Of a stretch of DNA of 64,000 nt, positions 50,866 to 61,001 are shown in pieces. How positions within the stretch are numbered: position 1 is the stretch's first letter; the number at the start of each line of letters is the position of its first letter. The stretch spans positions 111,856-175,855 of the forward strand of contig CAVQRZ010000019.1 of the NCBI GenBank assembly GCA_963715335.1. The letters run 5' to 3'. The DNA comes from an uncultured delta proteobacterium. Its GTDB lineage: Bacteria; Desulfobacterota; Desulfuromonadia; Desulfuromonadales; BM103. Below the pieces are notes generated by a model. It searched no databases. It saw nothing but the letters and a program-made list of their open reading frames with translations, and was not told the origin of the DNA. Position numbers and translations under genes: made by a program.

Positions 50866-53550
50866 TCAGTCCTTGTTGTGCAGTGCACTGTCAATGATCT
50901 GTTGCTGCTCTTCACGATGGCGGCTGAGGGAACCGACCGCAGGAGCAGAGGCAGGCCGACGGCCGCAGTAGTCCGGTTCTCGGCCCAGGGCCCTTATCAG
51001 GCTGGTGTGCAGGTGTGGCCACGGCCCCATGTTCTTCGGTTCTTCCTGAACCCAGGCCACGCGGGTGGCGTGGTGGTAACGCGACAGCATTTCCTGCAGC
51101 TTCTCTTCGCTCAACGGATAAAGCTGTTCAACGCGCATGACGCCGACGTCGCTACGTCCGGTCTCCTCGATGGCGGTCATGATTTCATAGAAGATCTTGC
51201 CACTACAGAGTAGCAGGGTCTCTACCTGGTCATCGGGGATCGCGCATGGCAGAAACGCCTGGAAAGAGCCCTCGCTCAGTTCCTCCAGCGTGCTGGAACA
51301 GGCCGGCAGGCGCAGGAGGCTCTTCGGGGTGAAGACGATGAGTGGTCGCCGGTACGGAAGTTTGCACTGGCGGCGCAGGAGGTGGAAGAACTGTGCCGGG
51401 GTACTCGGGTAGACAACATGCATGTTGTTGCCTGCGCACAGGTTCATGTAACGCTCGATACGGGCGCTGGAGTGCTCCGGGCCCTGGCCTTCATAGCCGT
51501 GGGGCAGGAACATGACCAGTCCGCTCGACCGGTCCCACTTGGTGCCGCTGGCGCCAATGAACTGGTCTATGATGACCTGGGCGCCGTTGGCGAAGTCGCC
51601 AAACTGGGCCTCCCAGATCGTCAGGCCGTGCGGGGTTTCCAGGGAGTAGCCGTATTCAAGGCCCAGGACTGCGGCCTCGGAGAGCATGCTGTTGTAAATC
51701 TGGATCGCGGCCTGCCCTTTTTCAAGGAAGGCGAGAGGAACGTAAAGCTGCCCGGTTTTCTGGTCGACCAGGGTTGAATGACGCTGGTTGAAGGTGCCGC
51801 GGCGCGAGTCCTGGCCCGACAGCCGCACCGGAGTATCCTCCGTGAGCAGCGTGGCTAAGGCAAGGGTTTCGGCGTTGGCCCAGTCGATCCCTTCGCCTTG
51901 CATGACGCATTCCTCGCGATGCTTCAGCATACGGGCAACCTTGGTGTGGGCATTAAAGGTCTCCGGAAGATGCGCCAGGCGAGTTGCCAGTTTTTTCAGT
52001 GTGTCCGCAGGGACCTTTGTCTCGGGTTCTTCCGGAGTGTATTCGCGCTGGACGCCTGTCCATTTGGCCTGGAAGCCGACATCGGTCTGCGCCTTGGGCC
52101 CCTCTTCGAGGGCTGTGTTTAGACGCCTGGTGATCAGGTCGGCGCTCTCGTCGATGATCTCACGAACTATCCCGGTGGCCATCAGGCGCTCGGCATAAAT
52201 CTCGTGGAGGGGGGGGCGCTTGCGGATCTTGCTGTACATCAGCGGCTGGGTGAAAAAAGGCTCGTCCCCCTCGTTGTGGCCATGCCGACGATAACAAATC
52301 ACTTCGACAACCACGTCTTCACCGAACTCCTGGCGATACTCAAGGGCCAGGTCTGTCGCGTAGACAACCGCTTCCGGGTCCTCGCCGTTGACGTGGAAGA
52401 TCGGGACCATGAGCATTTTCGCCACGTCGGTGGCATAGAGAGTCGAGCGTGCATGGGCCGGGGAAGTGGTAAAGCCGATCTGGTTATTGAGAACCAGGTG
52501 GAACGTCCCACCCGACTGGTAACCGTCAATCTGCGAAAGGTTCAGCACTTCCGTGACCAGCCCCTGCCCGGCAAAGGCGGCATCACCGTGGATCAGCACC
52601 GGCAGAACCCGTTTTTTGCCGCCGGGGCCGTAACTGACATGCCGGGCACGGCACTTGCCAATCACCACCGGGTCGACGGCCTCGAGGTGGCTCGGGTTGG
52701 CGGCCAGGCTCAGGTGGATTTTCCCTCCGGTTTCGAGCTCGAGGTCGCAGGAATAGCCCTTGTGGTATTTGACATCGCCATCGCCAATGAAAGCCAGTGC
52801 CAGGTTGTCCTTGAACTCGGCGAAAATATTCTCCAGGGGCTTGTTGAAAATGTTTGCCAGGACGTTGATCCTGCCACGGTGGGCCATGCCCATAATCAGG
52901 TCACTGACCCCTCTCTGCGCCGCCTGGGTCAGCAGGCTGTCGAGCAGGGGGATGATGACTTCACCGCCTTCAAGTGAGAAGCGCTTCTGGCCGAGGAACT
53001 TGCGGTGCAGGAAGGCCTCGAACAGGGTCGCCTCCTGAAGCTTTTTCAGAATGTGGAGTTGTTCTTCGCGGGTGAAGTCCGCCCGATTACGTTTTTCCTC
53101 CATGCGTTGTTTCAGCCAGTCCCGCTTGTGCGGAGCCTGGATATGCATGAACTCGACGCCTATTGCGCCACAGTAGGTGTCATCGAGCAGTTCGATGATC
53201 TCGTGCAGTGTGGCGCTCTGGCGGGGAAAGCGCAGGGGATAGAATGTCCGTTTCAGGTCTGCCTCTGTCAATCCGAACGCGGCGAGGCTGAGCTCGGGAT
53301 GGTCGGTCCGTTCCGGCGTGAGGGGATCTGTCGAAGCCTGCAGGTGGCCGAGATCCCGGTAGCGGTAGATCAGGGAGTCGACGGCGGAGTTCTTGGCCGC
53401 GAGGTCGCGATCGGTGACCGGCGCCTGCTGGGCAAGGTCGAAGCCTGCGAAAAATGCCTGCCAGTCAGAGGACACCTGGCCGGGATCGGATTTCCAGAGC
53501 TGGTAGTGTTCTTCCAACCACTCCGGACTGACATTGCTGAATAGACTCAT
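50866..53550 (-). CDS. sucA: 2-oxoglutarate dehydrogenase E1
   Basis: KRFSLEG, GMAHRGR, HGDAAFAGQG, WEAQFGDF, GPEHSSAR. Confidence 0.97.
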   Translation of the reverse strand: MSLFSNVSPEWLEEHYQLWKSDPGQVSSDWQAFFAGFDLAQQAPVTDRDLAAKNSAVDSLIYRYRDLGHLQASTDPLTPERTDHPELSLAAFGLTEADLKRTFYPLRFPRQSATLHEIIELLDDTYCGAIGVEFMHIQAPHKRDWLKQRMEEKRNRADFTREEQLHILKKLQEATLFEAFLHRKFLGQKRFSLEGGEVIIPLLDSLLTQAAQRGVSDLIMGMAHRGRINVLANIFNKPLENIFAEFKDNLALAFIGDGDVKYHKGYSCDLELETGGKIHLSLAANPSHLEAVDPVVIGKCRARHVSYGPGGKKRVLPVLIHGDAAFAGQGLVTEVLNLSQIDGYQSGGTFHLVLNNQIGFTTSPAHARSTLYATDVAKMLMVPIFHVNGEDPEAVVYATDLALEYRQEFGEDVVVEVICYRRHGHNEGDEPFFTQPLMYSKIRKRPPLHEIYAERLMATGIVREIIDESADLITRRLNTALEEGPKAQTDVGFQAKWTGVQREYTPEEPETKVPADTLKKLATRLAHLPETFNAHTKVARMLKHREECVMQGEGIDWANAETLALATLLTEDTPVRLSGQDSRRGTFNQRHSTLVDQKTGQLYVPLAFLEKGQAAIQIYNSMLSEAAVLGLEYGYSLETPHGLTIWEAQFGDFANGAQVIIDQFIGASGTKWDRSSGLVMFLPHGYEGQGPEHSSARIERYMNLCAGNNMHVVYPSTPAQFFHLLRRQCKLPYRRPLIVFTPKSLLRLPACSSTLEELSEGSFQAFLPCAIPDDQVETLLLCSGKIFYEIMTAIEETGRSDVGVMRVEQLYPLSEEKLQEMLSRYHHATRVAWVQEEPKNMGPWPHLHTSLIRALGREPDYCGRRPASAPAVGSLSRHREEQQQIIDSALHNKD

Positions 53551-53659
53551 TGATGCCCCTGTCGGATTACAATCAATAGTGAAATGAAACCCCGAGGATT
53601 ATATCAAGGGGTTCCATCTCAGGCAAATGGCTTGAAAGCGTGGCTGACACGATCAGCCG

Positions 53660-54643
53660 TCAGCCTTTCGGCATGCAGATTCCCTTCTTGCAGGAAAGGC
53701 TCGGATCATAAGGGAGGTCGTCGAGGAAACGCTCCGCCTGGATGGCCGCCATGCAGCCGGTGCCGGCAGCGGTCACGGCCTGGCGAAACTGATGATCCTG
53801 GACATCCCCCGCAGCAAAAACCCCAGAGATGTTGGTCTCGGTGCCGTTGCGGGTCAGGATGTAGCCGTCGTCGTCCATTTCCAGCTGGCCGAGGAAAAGT
53901 CCGGTGTTTGGTTGATGGCCGATAGCGATAAACACGCCATCGCAGGCCAGTTCGACTTCGGTGCCGGTTTTCAGGTTCCTGGTGCGGATGCCGGTGACCC
54001 CGCTGGAGTCCTCGAGAATTTCCGCTACGGCCGAGTCCCAGATAAAATTGATCGCCTTGCTGGTCAAGGCCCGCTCGGCAAGCACCGGCGTTGCCCGCAG
54101 GGAGTCGCGACGGTGTACAACCGTCACCTTGCTGGCAAAGCGGGTCAGGAAAACGGCTTCCTCCATGGCGGTGTCCCCGCCGCCGATCACGACCACTTCG
54201 CGGTCGCGATAAAAAAACCCGTCGCAGGTGGCACAGACCGACACGCCGCGGCCGTACAATGACTCCTCGTTGCCCAGGCCGAGCAGCTTCGGTGACGCCC
54301 CGGTGGAAACAATCAGGGTCAGGCAGCGGTATATCTTGTCTCCGAGCCAGATTCGAAAGGGGCGTTCCTGCAGGTCGACCCTGGTGACTTCCCCTTCGAC
54401 GAACTGGGCGCCGAAACGCTCCGCCTGCTGATGCATGTTCTCCATCAGGGCCGGACCGTCGATCCCTTCCGGGAACCCGGGAAAGTTGTCGACCGCGGTT
54501 GTGGTCGTCAATTGCCCTCCCGGTTGAACGCCATGAATCAATAGCGGGCAGCAGCGGCTGCGGCCGGCATAGATTGCTGCCGTCAGACCGGCCGGACCGG
54601 AGCCGAGAATAATCGTTTCGTAGATCGCGTCAGGATTCGCCAT
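53660..54643 (-). CDS. trxB: Thioredoxin reductase with a Cys-containing C-terminal tail
   Basis: GSGPAG, CATCDG, GGGDTA, FAAGD; tail SCKKGIC. Confidence 0.95.
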   Translation of the reverse strand: MANPDAIYETIILGSGPAGLTAAIYAGRSRCCPLLIHGVQPGGQLTTTTAVDNFPGFPEGIDGPALMENMHQQAERFGAQFVEGEVTRVDLQERPFRIWLGDKIYRCLTLIVSTGASPKLLGLGNEESLYGRGVSVCATCDGFFYRDREVVVIGGGDTAMEEAVFLTRFASKVTVVHRRDSLRATPVLAERALTSKAINFIWDSAVAEILEDSSGVTGIRTRNLKTGTEVELACDGVFIAIGHQPNTGLFLGQLEMDDDGYILTRNGTETNISGVFAAGDVQDHQFRQAVTAAGTGCMAAIQAERFLDDLPYDPSLSCKKGICMPKG

Positions 54644-55508
54644 CAAGATCTCCCTCAAATTGTTCCGCGGCGTGATATGACGAGCGCACCAGCGGCCCGG
54701 CCTCGACATGGTCGAAGCCGAGTTCCAGACCGGACCGGCGCAGCTGTTCGAACTCTGCCGGTTCCACATATCGGTCGACCGGCAGGTGATCACGGGTCGG
54801 CTGCAGGTATTGCCCAAGGGTCAGCATGGCACAGTCGGCCTGGCGCAGGTCCTGCATGACATCAAGTATTTCATGGGCAGTTTCGCCCATCCCCAGCATC
54901 AGCCCGGACTTGGTAGGGATCTTCGGGGCGAAGCTGTGCGCCGCTGCGAGCAGCTCCAGAGAGCGCTTGTACCCTGCTCCCGAGCGGGCTGTCTGATAGA
55001 GTCTCGGTACAGTTTCCAGGTTGTGCCCCAGCACATCAGGGGATGCTGCGAGAATCGTCTGCAACGCCTGATGATTGCCCTGCAGGTCGGGAATCAGCAA
55101 TTCGACGCGGCAGGCCGGACAGCGTTTGCGGACCGCCCGGGTCACGGCGGCAAAATGACCGGCACCACCGTCGTCAAGGTCATCGCGGGTTACCGACGTG
55201 ATGACGGCATGACGCAGGCTGAGTTCGGCAATCGCATCAGCAACCTTGAGCGGCTCCTGCGGGTCGACGTCCAGCGGAGTGGCATGGGCAACATTACAGA
55301 AGCGGCAATCACGCGTGCAGTGATTGCCCAGGATCATGAACGTGGCGGTCCCCTGTTCCCAGCACTCGCCCTGATTCGGGCATGCAGCGCTGCGACAGAC
55401 CGAATGCAGTCCCTGCTCGCGATGCAGCCGGTCGATCCGAACGTAGTTCGGTCCGGCGGGGAAGCGGACCTTCAGCCAGTCAGGTTTTCGTGGAAATCGA
55501 GCTGTCAT
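54630..55508 (-). CDS. lipA: Lipoyl synthase
   Basis: CX4CX5C, CTRDCRFC, RSSY. Confidence 0.97.
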   Translation of the reverse strand: MTARFPRKPDWLKVRFPAGPNYVRIDRLHREQGLHSVCRSAACPNQGECWEQGTATFMILGNHCTRDCRFCNVAHATPLDVDPQEPLKVADAIAELSLRHAVITSVTRDDLDDGGAGHFAAVTRAVRKRCPACRVELLIPDLQGNHQALQTILAASPDVLGHNLETVPRLYQTARSGAGYKRSLELLAAAHSFAPKIPTKSGLMLGMGETAHEILDVMQDLRQADCAMLTLGQYLQPTRDHLPVDRYVEPAEFEQLRRSGLELGFDHVEAGPLVRSSYHAAEQFEGDLDGES

Positions 55509-56208
55509 CAAAGTCACCGAGTCGCGGTCGTTGCATGACGGCGCCGAAGTGGCCGATCAGGGCCTCGGCAACCTGCTCCCTGTCGATCGATCCGTCGAGT
55601 TCCCTGCCCATCGAGGTCATTGTCACGCCCGAGAGTCCGCAGGGGATGATTGCGTCGAAGGCCGAGAGGTCATTGTCGATGTTCAGGGCAAAGCCATGAT
55701 AGCTTATCCAGTGCCGCACGGCTATGCCTATTGAGGCAATTTTGCGCCCTTGTATCCATACGCCGGTTTTGCCCGACAGGGCTTCTCCGACCAGGCCGAA
55801 ATCGGCAAGCGTGCAGATCAGCACTTCTTCCAGTCGGCGCAGATACCGGTGCAAGTCTTTTCGGTAATGGCTCAGGTCGACAATCGGGTAACCGACCAGC
55901 TGCCCAGGGCTGTGCAGGGTGATGTCACCACCGCGGGGGCTGGGCGCACAATCAATCCCTGCGGCCTGCAGAGTCTCCTGATCCCAGAGGAGATTGTTTT
56001 GATCGGTGCTGCGTCCGAAGGTGATGACCGGAGGATGCTCAAGAAGAATCAGCAGGTCATGGGGCCAATGCCGACGCTGGTCTACCAGATCGACCTGGAC
56101 GGCCTGGGCGTCCCGGTATTCTACCAGCCCGGGACGCCAGACCTTGAACCCGTCCGGCTCCGTACGTGGGTTTCTGTCAGAGCCGGATAGCGCTTGCGGT
56201 TGGCTCAC
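55480..56208 (-). CDS. lipB: Octanoyltransferase
   Basis: [38 protein letters not shown]. Confidence 0.96.
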   Translation of the reverse strand: MSQPQALSGSDRNPRTEPDGFKVWRPGLVEYRDAQAVQVDLVDQRRHWPHDLLILLEHPPVITFGRSTDQNNLLWDQETLQAAGIDCAPSPRGGDITLHSPGQLVGYPIVDLSHYRKDLHRYLRRLEEVLICTLADFGLVGEALSGKTGVWIQGRKIASIGIAVRHWISYHGFALNIDNDLSAFDAIIPCGLSGVTMTSMGRELDGSIDREQVAEALIGHFGAVMQRPRLGDFDDSSISTKT

Positions 56209-56363
56209 GCCGGTTCGAAATTGCTCTTGTCAGCACCGCAGAGTGGGCAGACCCAATCATCTGGAATGTCTTCAAAGGCTGTGCCGGGGTCGATGCCGTT
56301 ACCCGGGTCGCCCGCAGCCGGGTCATAGATGTAGTCACAGATTACGCAACGGTACTTGGTCAT
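56205..56363 (-). CDS. Rubredoxin (52 aa; not in the ORF track)
   Basis: [52 protein letters not shown]; aaggag RBS; stop overlaps the lipB GTG start. Confidence 0.95.
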   Translation of the reverse strand: MTKYRCVICDYIYDPAAGDPGNGIDPGTAFEDIPDDWVCPLCGADKSNFEPA

Positions 56364-56555
56364 GGTGCACTCCTTGGGTGGGGTAAGTTCATCCGATCAT
56401 GCATCGGAAAATATCCGGACTATTTTAGTTATAATAATCCCTGATGGCAAGTCGAGAATCACAATTGGCACAATCATTTCTCCATGGCGTACGCAAGCCC
56501 GGCGAAAACCGGCTCATATGTGCCGCCAGCTTCCCGTCTCGCCTTGCAATCCGCC

Positions 56556-57221
56556 TTACTTGATCATCCCAACCAGCTCCTGGACCGTCTTTTCAATGCC
56601 GGTTGCCGCTTCGCTGATTGAGCCGGCCAGCATATAGGCTGGCGAGGAAACAATCCGGTTTTCCCTGTCAACAATCGCTTCCTTGACCGGGCAGTCGACA
56701 TGTTTGGCGCCCATTTTCTTCAGGGCTTCCGCCGTCCCCTCGTCGGTGCCGATGGTCAGCGCCGGAGAGTTGATCGGGCCGAGAACTTTCGCCAGTAGCG
56801 CCGGAGCGATGCAGACTGCGGCCAGAGGCTTCTTTGCCGCGACCGTCTCTTTGACCAGGCGGGCCACGTCAGGGTTGACGTTGCAGTCCGGTCCGTTTAC
56901 AGCGAAGTCACAGAGATTCTTCGCTGCGCCAAATCCTCCCGGCAGGATCAGGGCGTCGAAATCTGCAACTGTGACAGTGGCAGTGTCCTTGATTTTGCCT
57001 CTGGCGATGCGGGCCGATTCAACCAGAACGTTGCGGGTCTCACCTTCAGCCGGTTCGCCGGACAGGTGATTGATGACATGCATCTGGTCGATGTCCGGAG
57101 CCATGCAGACCGCTTCCGCCCCAGCCCGGTCAATGGCGAGCAGGGTGATAACGGCTTCGTGAATTTCGCTGCCGTCGTATACGCCGCAACCAGACAAGAT
57201 AACACCTATTTTTTTTGCCAT
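56556..57221 (-). CDS. elbB: ElbB / DJ-1-like glyoxalase
   Basis: LSGCGVYDGSEIHE, PGGFGAAKNL, PAYM. Confidence 0.95.
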   Translation of the reverse strand: MAKKIGVILSGCGVYDGSEIHEAVITLLAIDRAGAEAVCMAPDIDQMHVINHLSGEPAEGETRNVLVESARIARGKIKDTATVTVADFDALILPGGFGAAKNLCDFAVNGPDCNVNPDVARLVKETVAAKKPLAAVCIAPALLAKVLGPINSPALTIGTDEGTAEALKKMGAKHVDCPVKEAIVDRENRIVSSPAYMLAGSISEAATGIEKTVQELVGMIK

Positions 57222-57371
57222 GCGCTCTCCTCCTATCACTTACACAAGTTATGCAATGAAAAATTTGCTTACATAACGGGTCTGTCAAGATTAAAGAAAA
57301 ATTCCGGCATGTCAAGGTGACGGGCACAGTCAACTGGCCGCAACCCAGATGATCGTGGTATTCTCTTTCCC

Positions 57372-58124
57372 ATGGTTCAGTCGTTTTTCCGTAAATCGGT
57401 CAGAAGGCCCATTCCCCTTGACAATATCGAGGCGGTCTTCTTTGATCTTGACGGCACGTTGGTCGAAGTCGATATGCACCGTTTTGTGCCGGTTTACCTG
57501 CACCGTCTGACAGAGCAGATGAGAGAGCTGGTTGAACCAGCGCGTGCGATCAGGGCAATGCACCATGCCGTCGCCGCCATGTTTGCCAACCAGGATATCG
57601 GCAAAACCCTGGAGACATTGCTGCTCGAGGTGCTCCACGATAAACTGGCCATTACCCCGCAACAGTACCGGGAATGCCTGAAGCAATTCTTACGGGACGA
57701 TCTTGATGGACTGCGTCCGCTGGTTGCTGGCCACGCCTTGTCATCCCGGTTGATTAACGCCGCGCGGGCCAGGGGCTGGCAGGTCATCCTGGCCACCAAT
57801 CCGATTTTTCCACGGGCCGTTGTCGATGCACGGGTCGAGTGGGGGGGGCTGGACGGCGACAGGTTCCACCATGTGACGGCTTATGAAACAGACCATTTCT
57901 GCAAACCGAATCCGGAATTTTTCAGAGAAAACCTGGCCCTGCTCGAGGTCGAAGCCGAGCGTTGCCTGATGGTCGGGAATGACACTCTGCATGATCTGTC
58001 AGCCAGTCAGGTCGGCATGCAGACCTGCCTGCTGACACCCTGGTGTATCAGGCGGCCGGGAGCACGCTACCGGCCAGATTGGCAGGGCCGGCATGAAGAA
58101 CTCCTGGCGATGATCGAAGCATAG
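57372..58124 (+). CDS. HAD family hydrolase
   Basis: FDLDGTL, ATNP, CKPN, VGND; start uncertain. Confidence 0.9.
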   Translation: MVQSFFRKSVRRPIPLDNIEAVFFDLDGTLVEVDMHRFVPVYLHRLTEQMRELVEPARAIRAMHHAVAAMFANQDIGKTLETLLLEVLHDKLAITPQQYRECLKQFLRDDLDGLRPLVAGHALSSRLINAARARGWQVILATNPIFPRAVVDARVEWGGLDGDRFHHVTAYETDHFCKPNPEFFRENLALLEVEAERCLMVGNDTLHDLSASQVGMQTCLLTPWCIRRPGARYRPDWQGRHEELLAMIEA

Positions 58125-58219
58125 GTCGGCCCTGCGCAGCGACCGGGTCCGTCCAGATTGACATAAAGGTCTTGTTTTCGCTACTCTGCTCAGCTGTAGC
58201 CGAGAGGTTTGGTTTTTTG

Positions 58220-59638
58220 ATGCTCATGCTCTTTTCAAGATGGTTCGGAGTCCTTCTGCTGACTTTGCCCTGGCTGTTGTGCGCCGGATGCAATGAACAA
58301 CAGGAAACCCGATTGACAACGACTGTCCGCCGGGCTGAGTCCCCGCCTCCCGTGGAAGAACCTGCCCCCGAACTGCTGCTCTCACAGCAGGCCTTCATCG
58401 AGGTTTCGGAAAAGGTCACTCCGGCGGTCGTGAACATCCGTGCGGAGCGGATGCGTACGGTTGATCGGCTCAACCCACTCTTTGAAGAGTTCTTCGGCGA
58501 CTTGTTCCAGAGACCCCGCTCCGAACAGCGTGAGCGCAGCCTCGGGTCAGGCTTCATCCTGAGTGTGGACGGTTATATCCTGACCAACGAACATGTTGTC
58601 TCCGGTGCTGAAGAGGTCAAGGTCCGCCTCACCGACCAGCGGGTATTCTCCGGCAAGGTCGTCGGGACCGACCCGAAGACTGACGTCGCAGTGGTCAAGA
58701 TCGAAACCGAGGAGCTGTTGCCGGTCGTGGTGCTTGGCGATTCGGACCACCTCAAGGTAGGTCAATGGGCCCTGGCAATCGGCAATCCTTTCGGCCTCGA
58801 CAGCACCCTGACGGTCGGTGTAATCTCGGCCACGGGGCGTACCGATGTAGGGATCGAGGACTATGAGAATTTCGTCCAGACCGATGCCTCAATCAACCCG
58901 GGGAATTCGGGTGGCCCGCTACTGAATATTTATGGCGAGGTGATCGGTGTGAATACGGCGATCGTCGCCAGTGGGCAGGGGATCGGTTTTGCCATACCGA
59001 TCAACCTGGCCAGGCAGATCGCCGCTCAGCTGATTACCACGGGGGAAGTGACGCGCGGCTGGTTGGGAGTTAGTATCCAGCCGCTGGATGCAGAGCTTGC
59101 CAAATCCTTTGGCCTTGATCGGGTCACCGGCGCGCTGATCACCCGGGTGCTGCCCGACACCCCGGCGGAACGTGCCGGGATGAAACGTGGGGATGTGTTG
59201 CTCAGCTTCAATGGCAAGCCGGTGCGCAGCGTCAAGGAGCTGCAACTGCTGGTTGCCAGCTCGGCGCTTGCAGAGAAGATCCCCGTAGAGGTCTTGCGCG
59301 AAGGAACGCGCCTGACCCTGGAAGTGGTGATTGTGGCGCGCGAGGAAAACACGGTGCCGGTTGCGCAGGCCCCGGCGCCTGACCCGACACCATGGTTCGG
59401 GATGAACTTTGCAGAATCAGGCGACGGGGTTCTGATCGCCGGAGTCGCTCCGGACAGTGCCGCTGCGAATGCCGGTGTGCAACCCGGAGACAGGGTTCTG
59501 GCGATCAACCGCCATCCGACCGAGACTCTGGAGGATGTAGCCAAGGCCCGTCAGCGCATCAGGGTCAAGGAGAGTGTCCTGTTGTTGCTAAAGCGCGGAG
59601 AAGCGCACCTCTATGTCGCGCTGCCGGCCGAAGAATAA
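58220..59638 (+). CDS. DegP/DegQ (Do) serine protease with two PDZ domains
   Basis: TNEHVV, TDVAV, QTDASINPGNSGGPL. Confidence 0.95.
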   Translation: MLMLFSRWFGVLLLTLPWLLCAGCNEQQETRLTTTVRRAESPPPVEEPAPELLLSQQAFIEVSEKVTPAVVNIRAERMRTVDRLNPLFEEFFGDLFQRPRSEQRERSLGSGFILSVDGYILTNEHVVSGAEEVKVRLTDQRVFSGKVVGTDPKTDVAVVKIETEELLPVVVLGDSDHLKVGQWALAIGNPFGLDSTLTVGVISATGRTDVGIEDYENFVQTDASINPGNSGGPLLNIYGEVIGVNTAIVASGQGIGFAIPINLARQIAAQLITTGEVTRGWLGVSIQPLDAELAKSFGLDRVTGALITRVLPDTPAERAGMKRGDVLLSFNGKPVRSVKELQLLVASSALAEKIPVEVLREGTRLTLEVVIVAREENTVPVAQAPAPDPTPWFGMNFAESGDGVLIAGVAPDSAAANAGVQPGDRVLAINRHPTETLEDVAKARQRIRVKESVLLLLKRGEAHLYVALPAEE

Positions 59639-59695
59639 GGATCTCGGGTGCCTTCGCCCGGACAATAATAATGTTACTCCAAGTATGGAGGTCTT

Positions 59696-59965
59696 ATGGC
59701 CAAGCTGGTAGACAACCCTAAACTTGCATTCCGACTGGCCCGCGCCATTGTCTCGGATATTGCTCTCTACAATCAGGAAAAGGTCAAGGAGGGGATCAAG
59801 AACGATTCAGTTTTTGAGGTCCTCTCCGATGAACTGGAAGAGGGCCGGGAACATTTTTACGGTCGGGTTTCTCCCGACTTGGATGATCGCGACCACCTCT
59901 ACGACAGGGCAATTGTCGATGTAATGATCAAGCAAGCTGGTAAAATCGAGAGTTCAATCTGGTAG
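59696..59965 (+). CDS. Hypothetical protein (89 aa)
   Basis: ggagg RBS; tightly packed between degQ and rluD; RLARAIVSDIALYN. Confidence 0.8.
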   Translation: MAKLVDNPKLAFRLARAIVSDIALYNQEKVKEGIKNDSVFEVLSDELEEGREHFYGRVSPDLDDRDHLYDRAIVDVMIKQAGKIESSIW

Positions 59966-59969
59966 CGGC

Positions 59970-61001
59970 ATGCCTGCGGCCCACTACCTTCAGGTCACCG
60001 CTGATCATGTGGCGATGCGCCTGGACCGTTTTCTGGATGACAGCCTGCCGGAGCTAAGCCGTTCCCAAATCAAACGCCTGATCGACGAAGGGGCCGTCAC
60101 CCTGAACGGTGGAACGAGCAAGCCCGGCATCAAACTGAAAGGCGGAGAAAAAGTTTGCGTGGTTCTGCCGGAGCCGGTCGCCGCCACTGCCGAAGCCGAA
60201 CCGATCCCATTACAGATACTTTATGAAGACCCGGCACTCGTTGTTGTCAACAAGCCGGCTCATCTGGTGGTTCACCCCGCTCCGGGCCACCATAGCGGCA
60301 CCCTGGTCAATGCCCTGCTGCACCATTGCAAAGACCTCTCGGGGGTCGGCGGGGAACTGCGCCCCGGCATTGTGCACCGTCTCGACAAGGACACTTCAGG
60401 GGTGATGGTTGCGACCAAGGATGATCGCACTCACCAGCATCTGGCCCGGCAGTTCAAAGCACACACGATACAGCGACGTTACCGGGCCCTGGTCCATGGC
60501 CTGGTCGCGGCAGCGGCGGGGACGATAGACCAGCCAATCGGACGGCATCCGGTGCACCGCAAGAAGATGTCGACAGCCGCGCGCAGCAGTCGCCGGGCGG
60601 TTACGCGCTGGCAAGTCCTGCGGCGCTACGAAGCGGACCGGCTGACACTTGTCGACCTGAGCCTTGAGACGGGCAGGACCCATCAGATCCGGGTCCACCT
60701 GGCCGGGATGAACTGCCCGGTCGTCGGCGATCCCCTCTATGGCGGAGCCAGCCGGATCAAGGCAATCGCCGATCAGCAACTGCGGCAAATGGTAGCTGCC
60801 CTGCAGCGCCAGTTCCTGCATGCATGGCGACTCGGCTTTGAGCACCCGAACGGGCTGACAATGGTTTTTCAGGCGGATGTGCCGTCTGAGCTGCGCAGCA
60901 TTCTCAGCTATCTGGAAGATAAGTATAACTACTCTCTGACGGATCTTGAGGTTCCTCCTCGCCCGGGTCCAGTTGAAACGTTATCCGATGAAAACAGTTA
61001 A
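59970..61001 (+). CDS. rluD: RluD-type pseudouridine synthase
   Basis: S4 domain, HRLDKDTSG, TGRTHQIRVH. Confidence 0.93.
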   Translation: MPAAHYLQVTADHVAMRLDRFLDDSLPELSRSQIKRLIDEGAVTLNGGTSKPGIKLKGGEKVCVVLPEPVAATAEAEPIPLQILYEDPALVVVNKPAHLVVHPAPGHHSGTLVNALLHHCKDLSGVGGELRPGIVHRLDKDTSGVMVATKDDRTHQHLARQFKAHTIQRRYRALVHGLVAAAAGTIDQPIGRHPVHRKKMSTAARSSRRAVTRWQVLRRYEADRLTLVDLSLETGRTHQIRVHLAGMNCPVVGDPLYGGASRIKAIADQQLRQMVAALQRQFLHAWRLGFEHPNGLTMVFQADVPSELRSILSYLEDKYNYSLTDLEVPPRPGPVETLSDENS

